Assembly: GCF_030028105.1 (NCBI RefSeq)
Contig: NC_092370.1
Location: 113,846,793 to 113,910,792 of the forward strand
DNA from: Mobula birostris
Taxonomy: Eukaryota
Direction of reading: 5' to 3'
DNA length: 64,000 nucleotides
Part shown: positions 1-12,768 of the stretch, piece after piece
Numbering within the stretch: the first letter of the stretch is position 1
Layout of the letters: each line of letters opens with the position of its first letter
Notes under the pieces: model-generated
Told to the model about the DNA's origin: nothing
What the model saw: only the letters and a program-made list of their open reading frames with translations
Databases searched by the model: none
Program-made: the position numbers and the translations under genes

Positions 1-229
1 AACAAGCCCGGGCGATCCAATTCCATCAATGTGATCAATTAACCTAGTAACCCGCAAACAGGAGAAGTTTTGCAGATGCTGAAGGATTTCCCCTTCCTTT
101 CTAGTCCTGAAAAAGGGTTTCGGCCCGAAACGTCGACTATTTACTGTTTTCCCTAAATGCTGCTTGGCCTGCTGAGTTCCTCCAGCATTTTGTGCCCGTT
201 GCTCTGGGCGCCTACTAATCCTTACGTCT

Positions 230-365
230 TTTGAACGTGGGAGGAAACCGAAGCAGCCGGAGGAAACCCACGCGGTCACAGGAAGAACGTATAAGTTCCT
301 CTCAGGACAACGACGGAATTTAACCTGGGTCGCTGGCTCTATAATAGCGTTAAACTAACCGATCC
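230..365 (-). mobile_element. tRNA-derived SINE fragment, repeated in each cassette; a second SINE-like piece lies at about 910-1035
   Basis: The minus strand begins CGGATCGGTTAGTTTAACGCTATTATAGAGCCAGCGACCCAGGTTAAATTCC, a tRNA-like head with A- and B-box character. It resembles chondrichthyan SINEs from memory. Confidence 0.6.
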
Positions 366-409
366 GGACCGTTCGTCTTTTCAGTTATACGTCAACATAT
401 TTAAAATAT

Positions 410-900
410 TTATCCTCCCTTTATCGCTGTTTTGTGATGTTCCCGAAATTTCCCGCCAAACACCACAGTTGGAGCAAGTGGTTTCAGAGAGGCGGACGGG
501 GGAGGTGGGTTGAGGTGTTGCCCGGCGACTTCAGACGTCAGGAGTAGATGGAGATAATTCTCACAGACACCCCCGGTTTCTCCATCTTGGCCTTCACCTT
601 CTCTAATCTTTTGTCTACGGAGTCTGTGACACAGCAAGGAGAGCGATATCCTCCCCACACGCGCTCTTAAAGTACCGACCCTGGACCTGTCTCGCATCCG
701 CCCCCGTCGCCGCGACCGTATTCCGTGTACGTTCCGTTGGGTGGGATGTTTGATGAACCGAATGCCATCTGCACCATGTCTGTGAATCTGTTCATCTTTC
801 CCTATTAACGTGGTTTTAATTATTCCAACTGGGCAGAACCTGTCAGTAAATATTAACTCACATTGGCTTCCGCTGTGAAATTTGAAAGGACGATATCTAA
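410..900. other. GC/CpG-rich block copied upstream of each V (also about 16880-17350, 25570-26060, 41490-41960, 59040-59530); function unknown
   Basis: I did not recognise it as a known repeat, and it lies between SINE fragments. It contains ACCACAGTTG (462-471), AGACGTCA (533-540), AGATAA (552-557), CCGCCCCC (698-705) and a long minus-strand open frame. Confidence 0.6.
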
Positions 901-1113
901 TTTTTTCATTTAGCGATACAGCACGAAGTAGGTCCAATCACCCCCGAGAAATCTATTACCCCTAACCAAATCACGGAACAATTCACAACCCGGAGCTGTA
1001 ATAGCGTCGCACCAATCGCTACGTTACCGCGGTGCCTGGACAGTGTACGTCCTTTATCGAGGGACCCTCTTTCCTGTCGCTGTAAACGTCCAAGTGCCAT
1101 AACCAACCAAGTC

Positions 1114-1770
1114 ACAGGTAGATAGGGTCGTAAAGAGAGCTTTTGGTACATTGGCCTTTATTAATCGAAGTATTGAGTATAAGAGCTGGAATGTTATGAT
1201 GAGGTTGTATAAGGCATTGGTGAGGCCGATTCTGGAGTATTGTGTTCAGTTTTGGTCACCAAATTACAGGAAGGATATAAATAAGGTTGAAAGAGTGCAG
1301 AGAAGGTTTACAAGGATGTTGCCGGGACTTGAGAAACTCAGTTACAGAGAAAGGTTGAATAGGTTAGGACTTTATTCCCTGGAGCGTAGAAGAATGAGGG
1401 GAGATTTGATAGAGGTATATAAAATTATGATGGGTATAGATACAGTGAATGCAAGCAGGCTTTTTCCACTGAGGCAAGGGGAGAAAAAAACTAGAGGACA
1501 TGGGTTAAGGGTGAGGGGGGAAAAGTTTAAAGGGAACATTAGGTGGGGCTTCTTCACACAGAGAGTGGTGGGAGTATGGAATGAGCTGCCAGACGAGGTG
1601 GTAAATGCGGGTTCTTTTTTAACATTTAAGAATAAATTGGACAGATACATGGATGGGAGGTGTATGGAGGGATATGGTCCGTGTGCAGGTCAGTGGGACT
1701 AGGCAGAAAATGGTTCGGCACAGCCAAGAAGGGCCAAAAGGCCTGTTTCTGTGCTGTAGTTTCTATGGTT
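1114..1770 (+). mobile_element. 5'-truncated young CR1-clade LINE (ORF2 C-terminus), private to cassette A
   Basis: ORF 1151-1702 contains LYKALVRPILEYCVQFWSP...RRRMRGDLIEVYK...FFTQRVV, followed by a TTCTATGG-type tail. It is absent at the equivalent site in B (about 17575) and E (about 59745). Confidence 0.9.
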
Positions 1771-3479
1771 CTATTGTTAAGTCTTTCTCCTTAAATCAAC
1801 TCATGCGTTAACAATTTCTCCTTCCGATAACTCCTTTAGCAGGTTAGGTTAATCAATTCAGACACTTCCTGTGTACATGCTCCGACTGCAATCGCTCTCC
1901 CAGCCGTTAGACGATAAGACACAGGAGCAGGATTAGGCCATTCGATCGATTGAGTCAGGTCAGCCATTTAATCATATCTGCTTCCTTTTCCCTTTCAGAC
2001 CTGTTTCGTTGTCTTCTCCGAATACCCTTTGACACCATGACTAATCAAGTACCTATCAGCCTCGGCTTGAATACATCCAATAACTTGGCCTCCATGGCCG
2101 TTTGTGGCAACGAATTTCACAGATTCTCAGAAGTTCCTCCTCGTTTCTGTTCTGAAATTATGTTCTATTATGTGTCTGTGCCCTTTGGTCCTGGACTCCT
2201 CCACTACTGGAAAAATCCTCTCATCGTCCAGGACTTTACATATTCAGTAGGTTTTAAAGAGATATTCCTTAGTCTTCTAGGCTCCAGCGAGAACAGGCCT
2301 GCTACCATCAAACGTCATTATGTGATAAATCTTCCATTCTTGGAACCATTCTCTTAAACCTCCTCTGGACCCTCTCTAATGCAAGGACATTCTTTCTCGG
2401 ATATGGAGGCCAAAAATCACTGAAAATACAGCAAAGTAGTCTACCAATCTCTTATAAAGAATCAGCATTACAGTTTTTTATTTATTAGATTCCTGAATGG
2501 ACAATGAAACCACATGTAATTTATCAATATTTTTGTCTTGCTTGGCTCTCTTCTTCTCTACTTATTTAATAAATATCTTATTGTAATTTATAGTTTTTAT
2601 TATATATTGCACTGTACTGCAGCTGCAAAATAACAAGTTCCACGACCTATGTCAGTGATATTAAACCTCTTCCCATTTTTATTCTGATTATATTCTAGAT
2701 CCCTCGAAATGATTGCTGTCATTGGATTTGCCCTCTCCACTACTAACTCAAACAGCAAATTAGCCTTTTGGGAATCTTGCACCAGAACTCTCAAGTCTTC
2801 TTGCACATTCAGGTTCTGCTTTCTCCCTCTCTTCAGAGAATATTTTATGCCTTTATTCCTTCTACTAAAGTGCATGGCCATACACTTCCCTACACTGTGT
2901 TCCATCTGCCACCTTTTTGTCCATTCTCCGAATCCGTCCTAGTCCTTTTGCAGACTTCCTGCCCTCTATTTTGCTTTTATGCTATCTTTGACCTCCCTTA
3001 ACTCTGTTTCTTTTTACACAGATGCCATCTGTCCATATGAGTAGTTTAAGCATTTTATGTTTTTACTTCATAGAATCATTGAGGAACAAAGCCTGGATAG
3101 AGGCCCTTCAGCCCCAATTGTCCATGCTGACCACAGCATCCTCCCTGCTAGTTCCAGCTGCTGCATTTGAGTCAGAGTCCTTCAAGCCCTTTCCTTCCAT
3201 TTATCTATGCAAATACATCGTAAATATTACAAATGCACCATCTCAACCACTTCTTCATGCAGCTCACTAACCTTTGCAGAAAGAAATTACCTTTTAGGTC
3301 TCTTTTAAATCTCTTCTCTATTATCTTGTATCAGTGTCTTCTAGTTTTTTCTCTCTCCCATCCTGGGGAAAAGGCTATGACCCCTCTATACCCCTCATGA
3401 TTTTATAAATTTCTACAAGTTTAAGTTCTTCTAACTTCTTTCTTTATTGTTATACAGAGAGACCAGTGGGAATAGAAGC

Positions 3480-6400
3480 TAGAGCAGTGGTGTGCTTCTC
3501 TTGCATAACGTGGAAGTTAGGGAGATGTCTATACCTGCGATAAGTGCATCCACATTTACAAACCGTATTAGGGAATTGGAGCTGATGCGAGATGACGTTC
3601 AGATCATTCAGAAAATTGAGGAGTTCGTAGGAGTTACAGAGAGATAGTGTTGATGGAAACAGGTAGCTGGGTGATCATGAAGAGAGGGAAGGTGTATTGG
3701 CAGACAGTGCAGAATAGCTCTGTGGCCCTTCCCCTCAACAAGTGTATCATTTTATCTAGTTTTAGGGAGATGACCTGTCACAGTGGTCACTGGTCTTGGC
3801 ACTCAGTGTGTCTCTTTGGTTCAGAAGGAAGGTGGGTGGGGGAGGAAGAAGAGGCTAGTCATAGTGATGGAGGTCATTGGTTAGCACTGGCTACTGAAAC
3901 AGACAGGAGGACCTGAGACAAGAAAAGACTCTTGGATGTTATATTGCTTCCCGGGTATAGAGGATCAGAGATATCTTGAATTGAGTCCATAGCCATCTTA
4001 AGGGGGGGCGGGTGAGAAGCGATAAGTCATGGTACATATTGATACCAATGATATAAGCAGGCAAAGTGACGAGGACTTGCAAGATGAGTTCAGGGAATAA
4101 AGTACGAAGTTAAAAGACAGGACCTCCAAGATGGAGATCGCACGAAGCTATGCATTGTAGTGAGGTAAAAAATAAGGATGACTGTGCAGTTTAACATGTG
4201 ACTTATAAATTGACAGTCTAGTTCGGTATAATTCCTCAATATATTCACGGTATTTCTATATCAGACCAACATGTAATTGTAGTTGTCACATTATTGGCCA
4301 GATGGGCTATTTTATTGAAATGGAAAGATGCCTCTGCTCCCACTTTGAACAATGGTTCTCTCAGGCGATGTTATGTCTTAGTTTGGAGAAAATTAGAAAT
4401 TGAACTTTTGATCCTCGACTTGACTTTGAGAAAGATGGGGTTCTTTTGCCCGCACTACCATTTCATCTGAGTGAATTAAGGTGGTCCCCTTCTGATTCTT
4501 GTGTAATTGGTTTTGGTTGGCGGATCGATGTTTCTCTTTTATGGAAGCTTGCATGGCGTATAGATCCGGGGTCGTGGTCCCAATGGGTTTTTTCTCGTTT
4601 TGTTTTGGTTCGTAGTGTGTTTTTTCTATTTTAGTTGGTAGGAGTTATTTTTTCCTTCTTTCTTTTTTCCAAAAATAATAGTTTTAACATTTTCACTTTT
4701 CTTATTACTATTGCTATACTGTTTAGCTTGGTTAATCAGTTATTTGATAGTTTAACTGTTATTGTATATATTGATATGTTGATTTGACTAATGTATTTTT
4801 TGATTATTTTCAAAAATATTTAATAAAAGGTTATAAAAAGAAAGAAACTTGTGACTAAGCAGGTGGTTCGTGGGAGAGGGTTTCAGAGTTTTTGGATCAC
4901 TGAACTCCATTCCAGGGCTGGTTGGATCTCTGCAAATAGGACACTTTTCACCCAAACTGCAGAGGAACCAATATCCTTACAGGCAGGTTTGTTAATCCTG
5001 CTCGGAAGTGTTCAAACTAATGTGTAACAGGGATGGTATTCAGAGTGGAAGGACAGCAATGAAGTGGTTGTGGAAAAAAAGAGATGTCATGACTACGAGC
5101 AAATATTTTCTGAATGTTGCATTTGATTTCCAGCATCTGCGGCATTTATCGTTTTTAAGCAGAGATGGAAACTGCAAGATTGAGCAGGGTGGATAAATGT
5201 TCTGAGTGGCATCTATTGCAAGACAAGGACGGTTGTAGGTAAGGCTGATGCACATGGAGCATGAATCCATGTGTGGACTTACGATGTTGAAATCATTATT
5301 GAGACATGGTTACAGGAAGGCGAAGACCGAGAGCACAATGTTTTGGCATTCTGCTGATTTAGACGTGTCAGAGAAGAAGGTATTAGAGCGGGAGGGAGTA
5401 CTCAAATTACTCATCAGAGATAATGTAACAGCAATGCTCAGATGACATACAGAAGGCTCATGTGCCAAGGCAATTTTCATGAATCTGTAGAATAAAAAAT
5501 GGATGATCACGTTAATGGGACTTTGTAGAGTTTCTAATAGTTAGCAGGATTTGGATAAACAAATTCCTATGGTGATAGAAGACGGTTGCAAGAAATATAA
5601 GGTTGTTACAATAACACATACAGGATGCAAGAGTAACTCAGCAGGGAAGGCCGCAATTGCAGAAGGAATAAACAGTCAATGGTTTTGGCTGAGACCCTTC
5701 ATCAGGTCTCATGAAGGGTCCTGATGAAGGGTCTTGGCCTGAAGCGTTGACGATTTATTACATGTTATGGGAAAACCTGACCTCATGAGGTCCCCCAGGA
5801 TTTTTTATGTGTTACTCCGGATTTCCAGCATCTGCAGAATCTCTAGTGTTTAGGTTGAGATAGTGGGTGATTTTAACTTTCTTCGTATTGATTGGGACTC
5901 CCATTCTGAAAAAGAACTGGATGAGATGGAGTTTGTCAAGTGTGTTCAAGAAAGTTTCATTATCAATATGCAGAATTCTGAACTAAAGAGTGCGCAATAT
6001 TAGATTTCTTTTTTGGTAATGAGACAGGGCAGGTAAGAGAAGTGAAAATAGGGAAACATTTTGGAAATAATGATCATAGTTCCTTCGACTTCAAAACAAT
6101 TAGGGGGATTGGATAGGATTTGCTTTCAAATTAAGTTTATAAACTGGAGGAAGAGCAATTTTGATGGCATCAGACGGAACCTGCCAGGTGTGGATAGGGA
6201 TAGGCTGTTTTCTAACAGAGACACACTGGCAGGTGGGTGGTCTTCAGCAGAATTGAGTATTGAGAGTACACAATATGTATATTTCTATTAGGATAAAAAG
6301 TAAGGTTGGCAGGTTGAGGGAACCTTATTTATCATTGGATATTGATGACCTGGTAAACAAAAAGGAAGCTCATATCAGGTATTGGCAGCTGGTGTTAAAT

Positions 6401-7440
6401 AGGGCACTTGAGGAATTTAAGACATACAAGAGATCACAAGCGAAAGATCAGGAAGGCTGAAAAGGGATAAGTGGTTGCTCTAGCAGACAAGGTAAACCAG
6501 CGTTCTATAGGTACTGGGAGCAAGAGGATAGCAAGGGACAAAATTGGTCCCCTTGAAAATCAAGTTGGTCATATATGCATGAAGCTAAATGAGATGCGAA
6601 AAAATATTAAGCGGTTTATTTTTGTGTTTGCATTTACTCAGGTGACTGATACAGATACTATAGAATCTGGCAAAACACTAGAGGTCATGGACCATGTTCT
6701 GATTACAGAGGAGGAAGTGCTTGCTGTCTTGAGAAGAATTTAGGGTGAATAAGTCCCAAAGTCATGACGAGGTGTCCCCTCCAAACTTGTGGGACGCTAG
6801 TGCAGAAATTACAGGGGCCAAGGCAATAATATTTAAAACATCCTTACCCATGTGTGAGGTACTGGAGGACTGGAGGGTCGCTAACGTTTCAGAATGTTTC
6901 TAAGAATGAACAGGAAATTATAACCTGGTGAAACTGACATTAGTCGTGGGTAACTTTTCGGAAGTTTTTTTCATGGATAGGCTGTACATGTACCAGTGTT
7001 TCGATAGACAGGGCCTGAAAAGTGATAAGCAATATGGCTTAATGCATGATAAGTCATGTATAACTACAAACACAATTTATAGAGATTTTTTTAAGGAGGT
7101 TACCAAGAAATTTGATGAAGGAAACACAATGGTCTTCAGAAAAGCCTTTGATAAATTACTACATGGCAGACTTGTCAAGAAGATTAAGTCGCCTGGTATT
7201 CAGGATGAGGTTGTCAGTTAGGTTCAAAGTTGGTTTAGCGGAAGAAGCCAGAGAATGGTGGTTAGTGTTTGACTCTCTGCCTGGAGGCCTGTGACTAGTG
7301 CTGTGCTGCAGGAATCGGTGCTTGATCCATTGTTGTTGGTCACTTATATTAATGATTTAAATGACAATATGTTAAACTGAATCAGCAAATTTCTGGATGA
7401 TATCAAGATTGAGGGTATAGTGAACATCGTGCTGTATACA
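3480..7440 (+). mobile_element. Degenerate ancestral CR1 fragments (ORF1-like and ORF2 endonuclease/RT pieces) shared by the cassettes
   Basis: Many broken frames resemble CR1 ORF2, e.g. KEVTKKFDEG..VFRKAFDK and KDKIGPLE. The same debris is in C, D and E. Confidence 0.7.
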
Positions 7441-7735
7441 TTCACATCCAAATTATTTACATAATAATTAATAACAGGGTTCTCAACACTGACTCTGGGT
7501 AAACCGAAATTTAATAAGAACGGTACAAAATAAAAGGAAAATAATAAATGCGAAGCCAATAGGGCTACAAACTAAAATTGAAACTGAAAATCTAACGCTG
7601 ACACTGAGCTTCAGAAGCAGTAACTTAATAGTAAGTTAGTACCACTCCTTTAAGGCGTTAATCTAAATTGGTGTCTTCTATCTTGGAAAGTGGGCTAAGG
7701 TAAGCAGGGGAGTGTCGCCGTCGTTGTGCTTCAGT

Positions 7736-8606
7736 TGTTACATACCTCATGGAGATCTTGTGACTTGCTTGTGAGAATGATGTCATGGTCTTTTGGAGGT
7801 CACCTGATGTAATTTTGCCGCCGATGTGAGGTCACGTGATGACATGTTCACCACGGGTATAAAAGGGAGGACGCCTGGAGACGCAGTTAGTTTTCCAGCT
7901 AGAGTGCTGGGCAGAGTCTCCGTTCCATTGCGTATCTGTTTCATGACGCAGTTTCATTTTTAAAACGGAGGTTTTACGTTCTATTGTAAGGTACAATAGT
8001 GCTGGACTGGCAGTTTACCCATTTCTGCCAGATTTATTGATGTACTTTTTAAATAGTATTGGAGAGTGAAGATGCTATGGAAGTGCAGGACCTGAAGGAT
8101 TAAGAGAAGTTGGTATCGTTCGTCAGTTAACAAAGGATGGACCTTACCGAGTCTTCGTTGAAGAAGTAGCGACTTGCATCACAGATAACTCCTGCCAAAA
8201 GAGCAAGGTAGTTCATGCAGGATTTGCTCGCCAGAAGAAAGGTCAGTTGTTTTTAAGCCGTTTATTTCCTTCATCGTGAATCCTTTGGACAGAACCAGCA
8301 GGAAAGTCGTGTCTATGAAGAAATCCTTCTCCAGTGGAGTCTCTCCCAATTGAATGTATAAATCTCTTGGACTTCCGAATTCACCATCGTAAGAACTGTA
8401 TTTGACTTTAACGCTTTAAGAACTGTTTTCGCATTTATCGCTTTAAGAACCAATACTGAGAGGCTGTTTGTTGAACGGCCACATAGCTGTTAACTTCCGG
8501 TTACGGTTTTCGTTTGTTTTTTATTGTTTATCAGTGTTTAATAAATGTTTGGTTGTTTTTATATAATCTGACTCAATTGATATTCATTGTTGCCGGTTAC
8601 GTAACA
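7736..8606 (+). mobile_element. Solo LTR (871 bp), private to cassette A
   Basis: Termini TGTTAC...GTAACA. The 4-bp TSD is CAGT (7732-7735) and GAGT (8607-8610, one mismatch). The empty site CTTCAGTCAA is in C (about 32842) and D (about 50511). Internal TATAAAA near 7857 and AATAAA near 8540. Confidence 0.85.
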
Positions 8607-8639
8607 GAGTCAAGACTCGACAAGACTGAGGGAGTGAAA

Positions 8640-9926
8640 TTAGGGTGCAATGTGCATTCTCACGAGCGTGATTGCTGATGATCGCGTTCAGCTGCCCACT
8701 CCACGGCAGAGTCCATGGTTTTTACAGCACCCTTACCAAACCCCCGCAATCCTACCCCGCCACGAGGCACAGCTCCAGAGGCACTAGAGACCTGTGCCTG
8801 GCTGGAGGTCCTGGATGAGTGACTTGTCCAGGAAGTCACGAATTGGATCCCAAGAAATATTCTCTGGGCCCTATCTCTCCCAGTCCACTAGGTACTGGAC
8901 CCTGTCCCACACTGGGCGAGGCACCAGGAGAAATAGACCAGTGACCCATCCACCAAGATGAGAGGAGGGTGAGGGTCTAACTGGAGCAAGGTGGGAGGAA
9001 GTCACCAGAGTGAGCTGCAAACATGGAATACTAGGTAAATCCTAACAGATGATTGCAGGCGCAGTCTCGAGGAAGATCGATTGATAGCCTTCCCCACTGT
9101 GAATAGTCCCAGGTAGCGTGGGGCAACCTTGCGGCTCCCAACATTCAAAGGAAGATCCTTAGGTACCAGCCAGGCCTTCTCCCTGTATTGAGAAGCCTCA
9201 CCACTCGGAGGAGCTGATCACCCTGCTGGGCATATAGTTTCTGAGTGTGCAGCAGGGAAGCCCTGGCCCATCTCCATGTGTGCTTGCAGCTTTGTACCAA
9301 CTGTTCAACAGCAGGAACTCCCATGTCAATCACGGTCTGGGAAGATCAGTGGCTGGACTCCATTTTGCCATTCACAGGAGGGCATGCTAGTCCAGCTTAT
9401 TGTGGGCAGTCTCCGAGTTTGGAGCTCTACGTCATGGAGTCGGAAGAGAGGAGGTCGTGCAGGATTGTCTGCAGCTCTTCATTCACTCTCTCAGTCTGGC
9501 CATTAGATTGTGGGTGGAAAAGTTATGAGAGGCTGGCTGTGGCTCCCAAAGGAGAACAGAAAGCATTCCAACAATGGGACATGAACTGTGCCCCTCAGTC
9601 AGGCCTGCTGTCCTGGGGGAAGCTGTGCAGCCTGAACAAAAGCTGAACCAACAAAGTGGCAGTTTCATGAGCCGATGGGAGCTTGGGGAGAGCAAAGAAG
9701 TGGGCTGCTTTAGAGAGCTGGTCGACAACCATCAGGATGGTAGTGTTTCCATCTGACGGACACAGACCAGTAATGAAATCCACTGAGAGTTTGGACCTAG
9801 GGCAGAGAGGCACAGGCAGTGGATAGAGTGAACGAGCAAGAAGCGGATGTGATGTCTTGTTCTGGGCACAAATGGGACAGGGAGAGACAAAGTCGTGGAC
9901 ATCTTGGGACATAGGCAGCCATGTAA
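8640..9926 (-). mobile_element. Old Ty3/gypsy (chromovirus-like) integrase and chromodomain remnant; continues at 12769-13030, with paralogues at about 32900-33480 and 50570-52090
   Basis: CPICAQNKTSH...SVDFITGL..SDGNTTILMVVDQLSKAAHF is integrase-like (ORF 9595-9990). QYLVDWER*GPENISW near 8850-8900 resembles a chromodomain. Confidence 0.8.
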
Positions 9927-12768
9927 CATAGAAAACATAGAAAATAGGTGCAGGAGTAGGCCATTCGGCCCTTTGAGCCTGCACCGCCATTCAGTATGAT
10001 CATGGCTGATCATCCAACTCAGAACCTTGCACCAGCCCTCCCTCCATACCCCCTGATCCCTTTAGCCACAAAGGCCATATCTAACTCCCTCTTAAATATA
10101 GCCAATGAACTGGCCTCAACTGTTTCCTGTGGCAGAGAATTTCACAGATTCACCGCTCTCTGTGTGAAGAAGTTTTTCCTAATCTCGGTCCTAAAAGGCT
10201 TCCCCTTTATCCTCAAACTGTGACCCCTCGTTCTGGACTTCCCCATCATCGGGAACAATCTTCCTGCATCTAGCCTGTCCAATCCCTTTAGGATCTTATA
10301 CGTTTCAATCAGATCCGCCCTCAATCTTCTAAATTCCAACGAGTATAAGCCTAGTTCATCCAGTCTTTCATCATATGAAAGTCCTGCCATCCCAGGAATC
10401 AATCTGTTGAACCTTCTTTGTACTCCCTCTATGGCAAGGATGTCTTTCCTCAGATTAGGGGACCAAAACTGCACACAATACTCCAGGTGTGGTCTCACCA
10501 AGGCCTTGTACAACTGCAGTAGTACCTCCCTGCTCCTGTACTCAAATCCTCTTGCTATAAATGCCAGCATACCATTCGCCTTTTTCACCACCTGCTGTAC
10601 CTGCATGCCCACTTTCAATGACTGGTGTATAATGACACCCAGGTCTCATTGGACCTCCCCTTTCCTAATCGGCCACCATTCAGGTAATAATCTGTTTTCT
10701 TGTTTTTGCCACCAAAGTGGATAACTTCACATTTATCCACATTAAATTGCATCTGCCATGAATTTGCCCACTCACCTAACCTTTCCAAGTCACCCTGCAT
10801 CCTCTTAGCATCCTCCTCACAGCTAACGCTGCTGCCCAGCTTCGTGTCATCCGCAAACTTGGAGATGCTGCATTTAATTCCCTCATCCAAGTGATTAATA
10901 TATATTGTAAACAACTGGGGTCCCAGCACTGAGCCTTGCGGTACCCCACTAGTCACCGCCTGCCATTCTGAAAAGGTCCCGTTTAGTCCCACTCTTTGCT
11001 TCCAGACTGCCAACCAATTCTCTATCCACATAAATACCTTACCCCCAATACCGTGTGCTTTAAGTTTGCACAGTAATCTCCTGTGTGGGACCTTGTCAAA
11101 AGCCTTTTGAAAATCCAAATATACCACATCCACTGGTTCTCCCCTATCCACTCTACTAGTTACATCCTCAAAAAATTCTATGAGATTCGTCAGACACGAT
11201 TTTCCTTTCACAAATCCATGCTGACTTTGTCCGATGATTTCACCGCTTTCCAATTGTGCTGTTATCACATCTTTGATAACTGACTCTAGCAGTTTCCCCA
11301 CCACCAATGTTAGGCTAACCGGTCTATAATTCCCTGGTTTCTCTCTCCCTCCTTTTTTAAAAAGTGGGGTTACATTAGCCACCCTCCAATCCTCAGGAAC
11401 TAGTCGAGAATCTAAAGAGTTTTGAAAAATTATCACTAATGCATCCACTATTTCTTGGGCTACTTCCTTAAGCACTCTGGGATGCAGACCATCTGGCCCT
11501 GGGGATTTATCCGCCTTTAATCCCTTCAATTTACCTAACACCACTTCCCTACTAACATGCATTTCGCTCAGTTCCTCCATCTCACTGGACCCTCTGTCCC
11601 CTACTATTTCCAGAAGATTATTTATGTCCTCCTTAGTGAAGACAGAACCAAAGTAATTATTCAATTGGTCTGCCATGTCCTTGCTCCCCATAATCAATTC
11701 ACCTGTTTCTGTCTGTAGGGGACCTACATTTGTCTTAACCAATCTTTTTCTTTTCACATATCTATAAAAGCTTTTACAGTCAGTTTTTATGTTCCCTGCC
11801 AGTTTTCTCTCATGATCTTTTTTCCCCTTTCTAATTAAGCCCTTTGTCCTCCTCTACTGAACTCTGAATTTCTCCCAGTCCTCAGGTGAGCCACTTTTTC
11901 TGGCTAATTTGTATACTTCTTCTTTGGAATTGATACTGTCCCTAATTTCCCCTGTCAGCCACGGGTGCACTACCTTCCTTGATTTATTCTTTTGCCAAAC
12001 TGGGATGAACAATTGTTGTAGTTCATCCATGCGATCTTTAAATGCTTGCCATTGCATATCCACCGTCAACCCTTTAAGTGTCATTTGCCAGTCTATCTTA
12101 GCTAATTCACGTCTCATACCTTCAAAGTTACCCTTCTTTAAGTTCAGAAGCTTTGTTTCTGAATTAACTATGTCACTCTCCATCTTAATGAAGAATTCCA
12201 CCATATTATGGTCACTCTTACCTAAGGGGCCTCTCACGACAAGATTACTAATTAACCCTTCCTCATTGCTCAATACCCAGTCTCGAATAGCCTGCTCTCT
12301 CGTTGGCTCCTTGACATGTTGGATCAAAAAACCATCCAGCGTACATTCCAAGAAATCCTCTTCCTCAGCACCCTTACCAAATTGGTTCACCCAATCTACA
12401 TGTAGATTGAAGTCACCCATTATAACTGCTGTTCCTTTATTGCACACATTTCTAATTTCTTGTTTAATGCCATCCCCAACCTCACTACTACTGTTAGGTG
12501 GCCTGTACACAACTCCCACCAGTGTTTTCTGCCCCTTAGTGTTATGCAGCTCTACCCATATCGATTCCACATCTTCCCGGTTTATGTCCTTCCTTTCTAT
12601 TGTGTTAATCTCCTCTCTAACCAGCAATGCCACCTCACCTCCTTTTCTTTCATGTCTATCCCTCCTGAATATTGAATATCCCTGAACGTTGTGCTCCCAT
12701 CCTTGGTCACCCTGGAGCCATTTCTTTGTGATCCCAACTATATCATATTCATTAATAACAATCTGCAC
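9927..12768 (-). mobile_element. 5'-truncated CR1-clade LINE (about 2.84 kb) with a nearly complete ORF2, nested in the chromovirus remnant
   Basis: APE endonuclease (ORF 11854-12768), one stop at 11854, then RT (10615-11757: YLDFQKAFDKVPH, SKFADDTK), a frameshift near 10640 and the C-terminus (10142-10618). CTATGTTTT-type tail near 9927-9945. TSD TGTAA at 9922-9926 and 12769-12773. Confidence 0.92.

Noticed and set aside
438-456. TTCCCGAAATTTCCC as a STAT5, NF-kB or E2F site
   Set aside because: The matches are imperfect and the 3' part is altered in cassettes B and C, so it is not claimed as a separate site.
3779-3820. Perfect heptamer CACAGTG (and paralogues, e.g. near 27938) as a D or J RSS
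   Set aside because: There is no nonamer at 12 or 23 nt and no FGxG J motif nearby. It lies in degenerate CR1 sequence.
11909-12685. 258-aa plus-strand ORF and similar long antisense ORFs (e.g. 35958-36671, 30179-30634)
   Set aside because: They are shadows of retroelement coding sequence on the opposite strand.
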